From the NCBI RefSeq assembly GCF_022842015.1, contig NZ_JALHQJ010000003.1:4557-68556 (forward strand): a stretch of 64,000 nucleotides of DNA, given 5' to 3'. Of the stretch, positions 38,629-47,350 are shown in pieces. The notes beneath the pieces are model-generated. The model was not told the origin of the DNA and made no database searches. It saw nothing but the letters and a program-made list of their open reading frames with translations. Source of the DNA: Nitrosomonas sp. GTDB taxonomy: Bacteria; Pseudomonadota; Gammaproteobacteria; Burkholderiales; Nitrosomonadaceae. A program made the position numbers and the translations under genes. The stretch's first letter is position 1. Every line of letters starts with the position of its first letter.

Positions 38629-38645
38629 TTGATAAGTGTTATCAA
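38629..38645. promoter_or_regulatory. 7-3-7 palindrome upstream of the PqqD operon, candidate operator
   Basis: TTGATAA-GTG-TTATCAA about 70 bp before ATG 38714. Confidence 0.35.
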
Positions 38646-38713
38646 GTAATTGAAATTTTCTGTTTTTCTTTTTATTATGACAATGTAATTATTTAACTGA
38701 AAAAGGGCACTAT

Positions 38714-39148
38714 ATGAAAAATCTTTTTGATAGAAATCTTTCGTTAATAGAATCCGAAGTAGGTAATAATCTACTGTTGTATGATACTGTTAAAGAAGTA
38801 TTCTTTGTACTTAATCCACCAACAAAATTTATATGGCTGTTGTATTCCGAGGAGGATTCAATTACGCCAATCATCCAAATGATCAAAAAGTATTATAAGC
38901 ACCCTGCAAGAGAAAAAGAAATTATGGATGATGTTATCCAGATGGTAGATGAGCTAAAAAAAAATAAAATCCTTATCCCTGCAGATAATACTAAATCATC
39001 TCATTCCCAGTCCTTAAACTTAAGTACTTCTATTGAAGAACAATACAGCAAACCAACCCTAAGAAGTCTTACAAAAGAATGGATGCTGGAGTACCATCCA
39101 GACTCATATTACAGGGGTTCCCATTTTAGTGACCTGTGGGATTCTTGA
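38714..39148 (+). CDS. PqqD/RRE-family protein with C-terminal precursor-like tail
   Basis: Residues 1-89 PqqD-like (LLLYD..FFVLNPPTKFIWLL..DDVIQMVDELKKNKIL); Ser/Thr linker; YSKPTL at 111-116; aromatic-rich tail. Confidence 0.75.
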   Translation: MKNLFDRNLSLIESEVGNNLLLYDTVKEVFFVLNPPTKFIWLLYSEEDSITPIIQMIKKYYKHPAREKEIMDDVIQMVDELKKNKILIPADNTKSSHSQSLNLSTSIEEQYSKPTLRSLTKEWMLEYHPDSYYRGSHFSDLWDS

Positions 39149-40115
39149 ATTGAAAAGCTTTTCTTTTCTCTCTACTCCTGTTAAAAAATTAATTGAACAA
39201 GACTATCCTGAATTAAATTATGGAGAATACTTTTCTTCAATTGAATTTGAAGATCGGTCATTGCTGGTAGAAACGAATATTCCAAATTTAATTCCATTAC
39301 TGAACAAAAGATTCTATTGTGTCTCAAAAACAAAATTATCTTTTTGCCAAGCTTTTGTTAAGATTATTAAATCAAAAGAAAACCTTATTATTGAAACATC
39401 TTACAGAAAAACAATTTGTTTATGGAATGAATTATCTATATTTTTTGTAAAAAGAAATTCAACAAATAAAATTATTCAGGCTGGTAGTTTCAATCAGGCA
39501 ATTGGATCAAGCGACCCCCTTGATGACTCACTTACAGCCGAAATTAACACCCTAATATATTTTTTCATTGAAAGAGAAATTCTTTTAGAAATAAATTACT
39601 TATATAGAGATTATCTTTTTTTGCACGCATCATGTGTATATAACGATATGAGTAAGTTAGTCTTTCTGGGGCCGTCCTATTCGGGAAAAACGACACTTGC
39701 ATCAGCATTTGAATCTCTCGGCTGGCAATTTTTATCTGATGACATCATTGCAATCCACAGAATAACAAAAGAAATTAAATCATTCCCCAAAAAGAAACAC
39801 TTGCGCGAAGGAACAAGGAATCTTATCAATAATATTCATTTATCCAAAATTGCGAAGAAAGAATATATGAATAAACCAAATACTCGAGGATATTTTTTAT
39901 GCGGTTATAACCAAGGCCATGACCCGGAAGTAATTCCGGTCACTAACTTGGCTGATACACTTAATCAGATTTCACAGCATTTAATCATTCAAACTAAAAT
40001 GAATGGTGAAGAGAAATTTAATCAACTTTTTCCAATATTTGATAAATGGGAATTCTTCGAAATTCGAAGCATTTATGGTGACTTAACAAGCACTATTGAA
40101 GGCATTATCCAATGA
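39129..40115 (+). CDS. HPr-kinase-related P-loop kinase
   Basis: FLHAS, GPSYSGKTT, FLSDD motifs. Confidence 0.75.
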   Translation: MTCGILELKSFSFLSTPVKKLIEQDYPELNYGEYFSSIEFEDRSLLVETNIPNLIPLLNKRFYCVSKTKLSFCQAFVKIIKSKENLIIETSYRKTICLWNELSIFFVKRNSTNKIIQAGSFNQAIGSSDPLDDSLTAEINTLIYFFIEREILLEINYLYRDYLFLHASCVYNDMSKLVFLGPSYSGKTTLASAFESLGWQFLSDDIIAIHRITKEIKSFPKKKHLREGTRNLINNIHLSKIAKKEYMNKPNTRGYFLCGYNQGHDPEVIPVTNLADTLNQISQHLIIQTKMNGEEKFNQLFPIFDKWEFFEIRSIYGDLTSTIEGIIQ

Positions 40116-41077
40116 ATCCTACCACTCAAGAAAAAATACTTTTAACACCACAGATTAGAAAAGTGGTTGTTAAACTTACCAACAAGTGCAACCTGACTTG
40201 CAAACATTGCTATGTTTCAAGTCATCCACATGGAGAACATGGTCTTCAAGTAAATCAAGTTAAAAAAATTATCGATGAAACCTATAGATTGTATGGTTCT
40301 TTACTTTTTACACTCAGCGGGGGTGAAGCTCTCGTTAGAAAAGCAGATGTACTAAATCTGCTCAGATATTCAAAAAATTTTCATAAAACAGCTTTATATT
40401 CTAATGGAACTTTATTTACTAAAACTGTGAGCGAGCAGATTGCAGCGATAAGCCCAATAGTTCAAATAAGTATTGACGGTGCCTCATCATTTTCTCACGA
40501 TACCATGAGAGGGTCCGGAGCTTTTGATCGTACCCTTCATGGAATTGAAAATCTACTTACTGCCGGCTTGTCTTCCGAAAACATTCAGATTTTCTCGTCT
40601 ATTACAAATGAAACGGTTGAAGAAATGAATGAAATTCTTATGCTTGCAGATCGCTTGAGCATCAAGAGAGTGAGATTCGAACCAATTGCAAAAACAGGGA
40701 GAGCGAAAGAAACATGGCCAGATTCAGCTTCCCAAGTTTATGAAAACACTACCAAAAAATATCTAACGTATATAAAAAACCAAAAGGAATGGGTTAATGA
40801 TTGGGTTATGGAAGAAAGAAGAGACCTAAATTTTAATTTGCTTAAAATCTATAGCGATGGAACGGTGATGCCATATGCCTATTACGATGAAGAAGATAAG
40901 AAACTGGGCTCATTAGGAAATATTTTTGTCAATGATATTACAGAAATAGTCAATCCAGAAAATTTTACAAAAAAAATCATTGGGAAGTTTATCAGCGTAT
41001 CAAGTGGCCCCCAGCGAAGCTTGAAAGCTATTCAATTTACAAAACGAGGTTGTAATTTGTTATGGGATGTAATATGA
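40112..41077 (+). CDS. Radical SAM enzyme
   Basis: CNLTCKHC, SGGE, ISIDG; ATGA coupling to the kinase. Confidence 0.9.
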   Translation: MNPTTQEKILLTPQIRKVVVKLTNKCNLTCKHCYVSSHPHGEHGLQVNQVKKIIDETYRLYGSLLFTLSGGEALVRKADVLNLLRYSKNFHKTALYSNGTLFTKTVSEQIAAISPIVQISIDGASSFSHDTMRGSGAFDRTLHGIENLLTAGLSSENIQIFSSITNETVEEMNEILMLADRLSIKRVRFEPIAKTGRAKETWPDSASQVYENTTKKYLTYIKNQKEWVNDWVMEERRDLNFNLLKIYSDGTVMPYAYYDEEDKKLGSLGNIFVNDITEIVNPENFTKKIIGKFISVSSGPQRSLKAIQFTKRGCNLLWDVI

Positions 41078-42453
41078 GCTCTTTCCCAACATCTAAATCC
41101 AACAAAGAAATAATTGCTACGCTGCATCATCATAGATCAACTCTCTTCTCGTTTGAAAAAGAAGATCGTGTGATTCTCGGGGCAGTGTTCTCTAACTATA
41201 TGACAGCGCTCAATCGAGCAGCTCAAGTGATACGAAATGTAACCAATATTAAAACTAATCACACCATTCTCCTTAAAAGTCCGATAGATTCTTACCTCAT
41301 TAAACCTGTATCAGATACTTGTAATTTAAGATGTACTTATTGTTATGAAGGAGAAAAAGTAATTCGCAAGAACGGAAAAATGCCGTTAAGTCTTTTGGAA
41401 CCATTAACGAAGCAAATCATTGACATATCTCATGATAAAATCACAATTTCATGGCATGGTGGAGAACCCATGCTTAGAGGAATTGACTTCTTTAAGAAAG
41501 CTCTTTTCTATCAAAATAAATATAACAAAAAAGACCTCACAATCATCAATTCAATTCAGAGCAATGGCACATTGTTAACGAATGAATGGATCGAATTTAT
41601 ATTACTTCATAACATTAAAATCGGCATTAGTGTTGATGGACCTCTCTTATTACACGACAAATCTAGGATAGATTCAAATAATAAGGGAACCTATAATAAA
41701 GTAAAAGAAAGTATAAAAGCACTACAGCAAAGAGGAATAAATCCGGGAATAATATCAGTCATTCAGCCTCATCACATTGGAAATGCAAAATTGTATTTCG
41801 AAGGAATTGTAAAATTGGGTATCAGGAACTTAGATGTGCATCCATCTTTCGGATTTCACGGCCCAAGTGACCCTACAACCATTACAGCAAAACAATTTTC
41901 TAATTTCATGATTGAATTATTCGAATTGTGGTTAGCTTTTGGCGATCATACTATCAGGATAAGAGCTTTTGATGAATTTTTCAAAGGTTATTTAGGTGAA
42001 AAACCCGTTGTTTGTCACAATAATGGTGGTTGTTCAAAAATCTTAGCAATAAATGCAAATGGTGAAGTTATTCCATGCACCAGGCCATTTCATGACAAAG
42101 AATATATTTTTGGAAATCTTTATTCAACTTCATTACATGAAATAATACAAAGTAGCAAATGGAAAAATTTTGTTCAAAACGAAATAAGTGGTCAAAATCT
42201 CTCATCTGACTGCAAATGGAAAAGTATATGTTATGGAGGATGCCCTCAACATAGATATTCAGACAATCAGCAGGATATTAATTCATCAAACTATTTTTGT
42301 AGCTGCAGGAATAAAGATGAGAGCGGTTTCGGTCAATTATGGAGCCATATGCTGTGTAGAACGGATAGCATTATTTCGAATCTTAATGAAAAACACCTCG
42401 ATTGTTTGGTACAGACCTACGATAATAGATACAATCAAAAAGTAACCCCATAA
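41074..42453 (+). CDS. Radical SAM/SPASM maturase (anSME-like)
   Basis: CNLRCTYC, WHGGEP, SPASM-type C-terminus C..GC..GEVIPC..CKWKSICYGGCP..FC.C; ATGA coupling. Confidence 0.9.
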   Translation: MSSFPTSKSNKEIIATLHHHRSTLFSFEKEDRVILGAVFSNYMTALNRAAQVIRNVTNIKTNHTILLKSPIDSYLIKPVSDTCNLRCTYCYEGEKVIRKNGKMPLSLLEPLTKQIIDISHDKITISWHGGEPMLRGIDFFKKALFYQNKYNKKDLTIINSIQSNGTLLTNEWIEFILLHNIKIGISVDGPLLLHDKSRIDSNNKGTYNKVKESIKALQQRGINPGIISVIQPHHIGNAKLYFEGIVKLGIRNLDVHPSFGFHGPSDPTTITAKQFSNFMIELFELWLAFGDHTIRIRAFDEFFKGYLGEKPVVCHNNGGCSKILAINANGEVIPCTRPFHDKEYIFGNLYSTSLHEIIQSSKWKNFVQNEISGQNLSSDCKWKSICYGGCPQHRYSDNQQDINSSNYFCSCRNKDESGFGQLWSHMLCRTDSIISNLNEKHLDCLVQTYDNRYNQKVTP

Positions 42454-42455
42454 AA

Positions 42456-43289
42456 GTGACATTTAATCTTGGTGGAAAATTCGAAATTAACCGAATTGGT
42501 TATGGTGCCATGCAGCTCACTGGTAAGGGTGCTTTTGGTGAAATTCAGGATCAGGAAAATGCAATAAACCTTTTACAAACCGCAATCAGCAGTGGAGTAA
42601 ACTTTATTGATACTGCAGAAGCTTATGGACCTCATACCAATGAAATATTAATCAAAAAAGCACTTTATCCTTATAAGGAAGATTTGGTCATTGCGACGAA
42701 AGGTGGTCTCTTCAGACCTGGTCCATTTCAATGGAAATACAATGGCAATCCGGACTTTATCCGGAAAAATATAGAATCCAGTCTAGAAAGGCTTCAGATT
42801 GAAAGCATTATTTTATGGCAACTGCATCGAATTGACCCTGAAGTTCCAATTAAAAAAACGCTGGAACCTGTACTTGATGCTGTGAATACGGGAAAGATAA
42901 AGTTTGTTGGCTTGTCAGAAGTTTCCATAGATCAATTGAAAGCGGTTGAAGAAATTTTGCCTATTGTTTCAGTTCAAAATCTCTATAATCTCTCGATAAG
43001 GAAGTGGGAAGATATGGTTGATTATACAGCCAGCAGAAATATTGCATTTATTCCGTGGCACCCATTACATTCAGGAAAACTTTCCTTATCAGAAAAGATT
43101 AGAGATATTGCAATCGCTCACGATGCGACAGTGTACCAAATTGCATTAGCTTGGCTGTTGAAACGGTCCTACAATATTATTCTAATTCCTGGCACGAAAT
43201 CACTCACACATTTAATTGAGAATTTAAAATCTGCAGACATTAGATTATCAGATTCTGAATTTACTGAAATCTCAAAAGCAATGTATTAA
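42456..43289 (+). CDS. Aldo/keto reductase
   Basis: IGYGAM, FIDTAEAYG, IATKGG, LHRID, VGLSE, SVQNLYN, LIPGT. Confidence 0.9.
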   Translation: MTFNLGGKFEINRIGYGAMQLTGKGAFGEIQDQENAINLLQTAISSGVNFIDTAEAYGPHTNEILIKKALYPYKEDLVIATKGGLFRPGPFQWKYNGNPDFIRKNIESSLERLQIESIILWQLHRIDPEVPIKKTLEPVLDAVNTGKIKFVGLSEVSIDQLKAVEEILPIVSVQNLYNLSIRKWEDMVDYTASRNIAFIPWHPLHSGKLSLSEKIRDIAIAHDATVYQIALAWLLKRSYNIILIPGTKSLTHLIENLKSADIRLSDSEFTEISKAMY

Positions 43290-43357
43290 AAAATGTGTTC
43301 TCATATAAAAATATCACGAAATACGGGTTGATAAATATACAATAAAAAAAGACCAAT

Positions 43358-43825
43358 TTATTTACCATGTCGCTCATTCCACTGCTTTCTCATAGTTTTA
43401 TCAATAATATCCTCATTCATACCAAGAAATGAAGCAACGAGTCGCCGGTGATCATTCTTCATGATCGTTCCACCGCCTTCCCAATCCTTTACAGTACAAG
43501 GATCAACGCCTAAATTCCTAGCAACTACCCGCTGGCTCCACCCTAATTCTCGGCGCTTGGCAAACAACAATTCCGCAATTGATTTGGGATTCAAGTTAAC
43601 AGGATCATAACCAAGAAATTTGATCAGGATCGGCGTTTGGCAAAATTTTGGTTCTGAATGCCCATTTTCCCAGTTACCAACGGTGAAGTGAGTAACATTA
43701 AATAGCTCTGCTACCTCTGTTTGTTTCATATTAAGAAAAAGCCTTCGTTTAAGAATGTGTTCACCAATTGCTTTTGGTTCAAATTCATAAGGCTTAGGAA
43801 TTAATGACTTAAGTGAGGTGCGCAC
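43358..43825 (-). CDS. Tandem XRE-type HTH protein; predicted C-terminal module of the excised-state integrase
   Basis: Two HTH units (LKRRLFLNMKQTEVA..VGNWENG; KRRELGWSQRVVA..VKDWEGG); GTG start with no SD-like sequence; frame is open back to the TG core and closed by TAG at 43862-43864. Confidence 0.85.
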   Translation of the reverse strand: MRTSLKSLIPKPYEFEPKAIGEHILKRRLFLNMKQTEVAELFNVTHFTVGNWENGHSEPKFCQTPILIKFLGYDPVNLNPKSIAELLFAKRRELGWSQRVVARNLGVDPCTVKDWEGGGTIMKNDHRRLVASFLGMNEDIIDKTMRKQWNERHGK

Positions 43826-43828
43826 ATA

Positions 43829-43852
43829 TGGTAAAAAGGCAACGCGTCTATG
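43829..43852. repeat. Right attachment junction: arm TGGTAAAAAGGCAAC (43829-43843) + 7-bp spacer + TG core
   Basis: Exact inverted copy of 10647-10661 at the same 7-bp distance from TG. Confidence 0.92.
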
Positions 43853-44312
43853 CCCTTGCGGCTACTTGGGCCATTCCAACGGAAAATGCCATTGCACCCC
43901 AGACCAGATTTCCCGCTATCGCGGCAGAATCTCCGGCCCGTTATTGGATCGCATTGATATCCAAATTGAAGTTCCGGCGGTGCCGCAAGAAGAATTGATG
44001 CAACGCCGAATTATCGGCGAAAAAAGCAACATAATCAGAGACCGCGTGACGGAATCGCATCAACGACAACTCAGCCGACAGGAAAAAACCAACAACCGCT
44101 TGAGTGTTAAGGAAATCGACAAATTCTGTGCACTGGATACTGCTAGCGAAAACCTACTGAAACAGGCAATCAGTCGTTTGAACCTGTCTGCCCGGGCGTA
44201 TCACCGCATACTGAAAGTCGCGCGAACAATTGCGGATTTGTCGGGTATCGAGAGAATCAATAATCAGCACATTGCGGAAGCGATTCAGTATCGTAGGTTA
44301 GATAAACATTAG
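43851..44312 (+). pseudogene. comM: ComM/YifB 3' part
   Basis: CPCGYLGH..YRGRISGPLLDRIDI..LSARAYHRILKVARTIADL..HIAEAIQYR; 348+153 = 501 aa when rejoined. Confidence 0.95.
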
Positions 44313-44395
44313 ATTTCATATATCTGATGAATCAACAACGCCAAGACGAAAGATTTTGTACCTTGCATAGATATTTCAAATACTAATAAACAGGA

Positions 44396-45091
44396 TCAAT
44401 TTTTACTTTGGACTTTTAACAAATCATCTGGTACAACATTTTTGCTTTTTAACTCAAATGCCCCTGTATGAATGCCATTGACTGCATATTCATAAGCACC
44501 GGTCCCTAAGTCATACACTTGCAACGGTAGAACGAGCGTATATAGTTTGTCATCTGTAGTGCAGGGAACTTCTATCTCATTTCCCGAGAATTGATTGTAA
44601 GATGACACTGTCACTTCAAATCGGAAGCGATATTGCGGCTTATCTGCATATTTTGTCTGTCCTTGATTAACAATCAGTACATTCCCACATGAATAGTTGA
44701 AATGTCCGCTTAATTTAAGAAAAACCTGAATTGGCTGCTCGCCCGTCATGACAAGCTCTACCTGCTCTACGATATCTTTATTTAACGGAACTTCCTCAAC
44801 TTGCATCAATTTGTACGCATCAATATCTGGATCATGCTGCAACCGAATTTTGTGATACCAAGTCCTGTTGAAGTGTTGATCCAACGTAAAGACACCGGCT
44901 ATCGAAACTATGCCCTCAAGAGTATCGTAATAATTTCCCGGCTCATGTTTTCCCAAAACACTTGTATCTTTATCCCACATTCCGTAATAAATTGGATTAC
45001 TATGCGCCGAAATTGGATTTAATACCGTTAATCCCAGAATTAAAATAGAAAAGATCGTTTTTCTTGCTTGATGAGTATTCATAGCGATCAA
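44396..45091 (-). CDS. Secreted hypothetical protein
   Basis: 231-aa ORF with signal peptide; no family recognised. Confidence 0.6.
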   Translation of the reverse strand: MIAMNTHQARKTIFSILILGLTVLNPISAHSNPIYYGMWDKDTSVLGKHEPGNYYDTLEGIVSIAGVFTLDQHFNRTWYHKIRLQHDPDIDAYKLMQVEEVPLNKDIVEQVELVMTGEQPIQVFLKLSGHFNYSCGNVLIVNQGQTKYADKPQYRFRFEVTVSSYNQFSGNEIEVPCTTDDKLYTLVLPLQVYDLGTGAYEYAVNGIHTGAFELKSKNVVPDDLLKVQSKN

Positions 45092-45240
45092 TCCAAGTTA
45101 GTTTAAGATGATTTAAAATATGCACATATACGCAGAGGCTTTTGCAAAAGTCTCACGCATTGTATATCTCAAAATAGGCCCTTGTCCTTGTTATTTTCTC
45201 TCCGTCGCTTACAGAAATGCTGATTTGAAAAATGATATCC

Positions 45241-46113
45241 CTAGCTAGAGGTAGGGTTTGTTAAAATCCAGGTGTCTATCAGTTCGCGAAGATGATCAGG
45301 ATGCGTGGCTGGGAGCCAGTGATCGGAGTCAATGGTAACAAACTCCACTTGTGGCAATGTTGCAAGCGCAATTTGCGTACGCCTTACATCGGTGATGCTT
45401 CGCCCGCGTGATTGAATCACCAGGCAAGGGCAATGCACAGCAGTTACCGGCAGGGGTTGCATAAGTTCAATGAGATTACTGAGGTACTGGACTGTCGGCA
45501 TCGTCTTGATGTCAAGCCAAGGTGAACCGTAATCCGTCAGTATTTCTTTTAGTTGCGCGTGGCTGGCTTCATGAAGGCGACGATCCAATAGCTGCAGGTC
45601 CAGAGTTTCGAGCTGGCGCCGATAAAGTCCGAGGCGATTGAGTAATTTAATCAATCCCAGAGCAAGATGCAGTACCGGCAAAAGCCGCCGCAGCCAGACA
45701 AGGATGCCAGTTACCGCCTCTCGATCCATGGGTTCGATGAGCACCAATCCAGCACACCTATCGGGAAAGCGCGATGCGAAGCCAAGCGCAATGTTGGCGC
45801 CCAAACAATGGCCCACAACGAAAGCTTGCGTCTGCTGCTCGTGATCCAGCATGCTGGCAATATCTTGACTCCAGTCCTTGATACGTGCCGCTCCTCGCCA
45901 AATGGATTTTCCGTGTCCGCGCAGATCTGGACGGAGCACAAGCCGATCGTTAGTCAAGCGGCTATGCTTAACGAAATGCCACCAACGCGTAGAGTTGCTT
46001 GCAGCACCATGCAGCAGTACGATGGGCGTATTCCGTTCACTTTGTACCGGTGTCCATCGCCGGTATGTGAGTTCAACGCTATCTTCACCCTGGAAATATT
46101 GTTTCTCATCCAT
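45241..46113 (-). CDS. Alpha/beta hydrolase
   Basis: LLHG oxyanion motif, PDLRGHGKS, GHCLG nucleophile elbow, C-terminal DHW. Confidence 0.85.
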   Translation of the reverse strand: MDEKQYFQGEDSVELTYRRWTPVQSERNTPIVLLHGAASNSTRWWHFVKHSRLTNDRLVLRPDLRGHGKSIWRGAARIKDWSQDIASMLDHEQQTQAFVVGHCLGANIALGFASRFPDRCAGLVLIEPMDREAVTGILVWLRRLLPVLHLALGLIKLLNRLGLYRRQLETLDLQLLDRRLHEASHAQLKEILTDYGSPWLDIKTMPTVQYLSNLIELMQPLPVTAVHCPCLVIQSRGRSITDVRRTQIALATLPQVEFVTIDSDHWLPATHPDHLRELIDTWILTNPTSS

Positions 46114-46512
46114 CTACAAACGCCCGCTTTTTTCCAAACGCCGCTTGACCATCCAGTGGTAGAGTGACGACAGCAATGGGCGAATCACGGGCAGACCGAT
46201 GAACCAAGCCAGCGGTTTTAGCAAGAATACCCGGGACATCAACACAATGTAAGCATCCAGTTCGGAAACTATCTCCCGGCGTTCATCACGAACATGCAAC
46301 TGAGTCAGTGCCAGACGAGGATCAATACCGATGTCACGCAAATGTTCGTCTTGCCCAGTGATATCAAACCAGCATACATCTTCCCCATTTTTTCCTGCCA
46401 GCTTTTCATAGTTTTCTCGATCCTTAATACAACTAGGGCATGCGCCATCATAATAGACGGTGATCTTTTCTTTTCCTTCACGCATCATTAATCCCCCTTG
46501 ATTAGATACCAA
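46114..46512 (-). CDS. DCC1/DUF393-like thiol-disulfide oxidoreductase
   Basis: VYYDGACPSC; true start may be 46488. Confidence 0.8.
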   Translation of the reverse strand: MVSNQGGLMMREGKEKITVYYDGACPSCIKDRENYEKLAGKNGEDVCWFDITGQDEHLRDIGIDPRLALTQLHVRDERREIVSELDAYIVLMSRVFLLKPLAWFIGLPVIRPLLSSLYHWMVKRRLEKSGRL

Positions 46513-46804
46513 AACAGCAAGGATTTCGAGATCAGGCCTTACATCTCACACCCTTCTATATTGCAATGACCCAAGCAATGTGGCTGGCAAAAATAAACAA
46601 TGCGAGTGCCAAATGTTTAGGTCTGCAACGGGTACTTCATTGTGTGATTATTATGTCTTACGTAATTGCGTTGTGCTGGGCAGAAAAACCCAGCACAACG
46701 GCATTTGATCTGACTTCAGATATCGATTTGTTACCTAATTCCTACAATCTATTTGTCATCAGATCATAATAATAAACTGGCTTTCCTTTTCACTGACTTG
46801 AGCC

Positions 46805-47350
46805 TTAGTCATCATTGCTACCCTCTTCTTCTAGCAACTGCCCCCGAATCACACCTGCAGGGAAAGCTGTACTATGCACATTCGCGTAGATTTTTCCGCC
46901 TCGCATTGCAAAAGCCAGAGAAGCAATATTATTGAGCGGCACACCGCATACTTCAATAGCCTCAGGTGTTTCAGGCGATACGATATCGCTGTTATCCAAG
47001 GCAACTTCAACTGAACCTTCGCCCACATCCACTGGCGGATCTACAGGACCGAAAAGAAAAGCCACGACTGGCCCGTTCACCCCCGCAGATGCGCAGTGAA
47101 AGTGTGCCTGCGTTATTCCAGAACCGTTACGAACAGTAAGGCGAAACTGTGCTTTGGTTAGCGCCGAATCAAATTCAACTTCAATTGCGCCGGTAGTATC
47201 AGCAACAACTCCGCCTGCGGGAGTGGTAACCTCTTGCGCGCCACTTAAGCCTGCCTTAAATTTTAATTCATTTGCAGCATATGCAGAAACAGAACTCAGT
47301 CCAAAAAACAAAATTATTAATAACAACAGGTTAATATACAGTTTATTCAT
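46805..47350 (-). CDS. Secreted CHRD-domain protein
   Basis: Signal peptide, LSGAQEV, AHFH, YANVHSTAFPAGVIRGQL. Confidence 0.85.
   Translation of the reverse strand: MNKLYINLLLLIILFFGLSSVSAYAANELKFKAGLSGAQEVTTPAGGVVADTTGAIEVEFDSALTKAQFRLTVRNGSGITQAHFHCASAGVNGPVVAFLFGPVDPPVDVGEGSVEVALDNSDIVSPETPEAIEVCGVPLNNIASLAFAMRGGKIYANVHSTAFPAGVIRGQLLEEEGSNDD

Larger units (their letters stand above)
10640..43852. mobile_element. 33,213-bp serine-recombinase integrative element inserted in comM
   Basis: comM halves rejoin in frame at shared TG (10638-10639 / 43851-43852); terminal 15-bp inverted arms; large serine recombinase at the left end; AT-rich accessory cargo. Confidence 0.93.

Noticed and set aside
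38714-43289. Lasso-peptide or His-Xaa-Ser cluster assignment
   Set aside because: No asparagine-synthetase-like cyclase or B2 protease is present, and there is only a single HxS (HFS) rather than repeats.
10640-43852. Self-transmissible ICE or prophage
   Set aside because: No mating-pair, recognisable relaxase, capsid, terminase or tail genes.
44324-44375. CTGATGA...GACGAAA hammerhead-ribozyme-like core after comM
   Set aside because: Stem II would open with an A-C mismatch, and no compatible stem I/III with a UH cleavage triplet could be formed.
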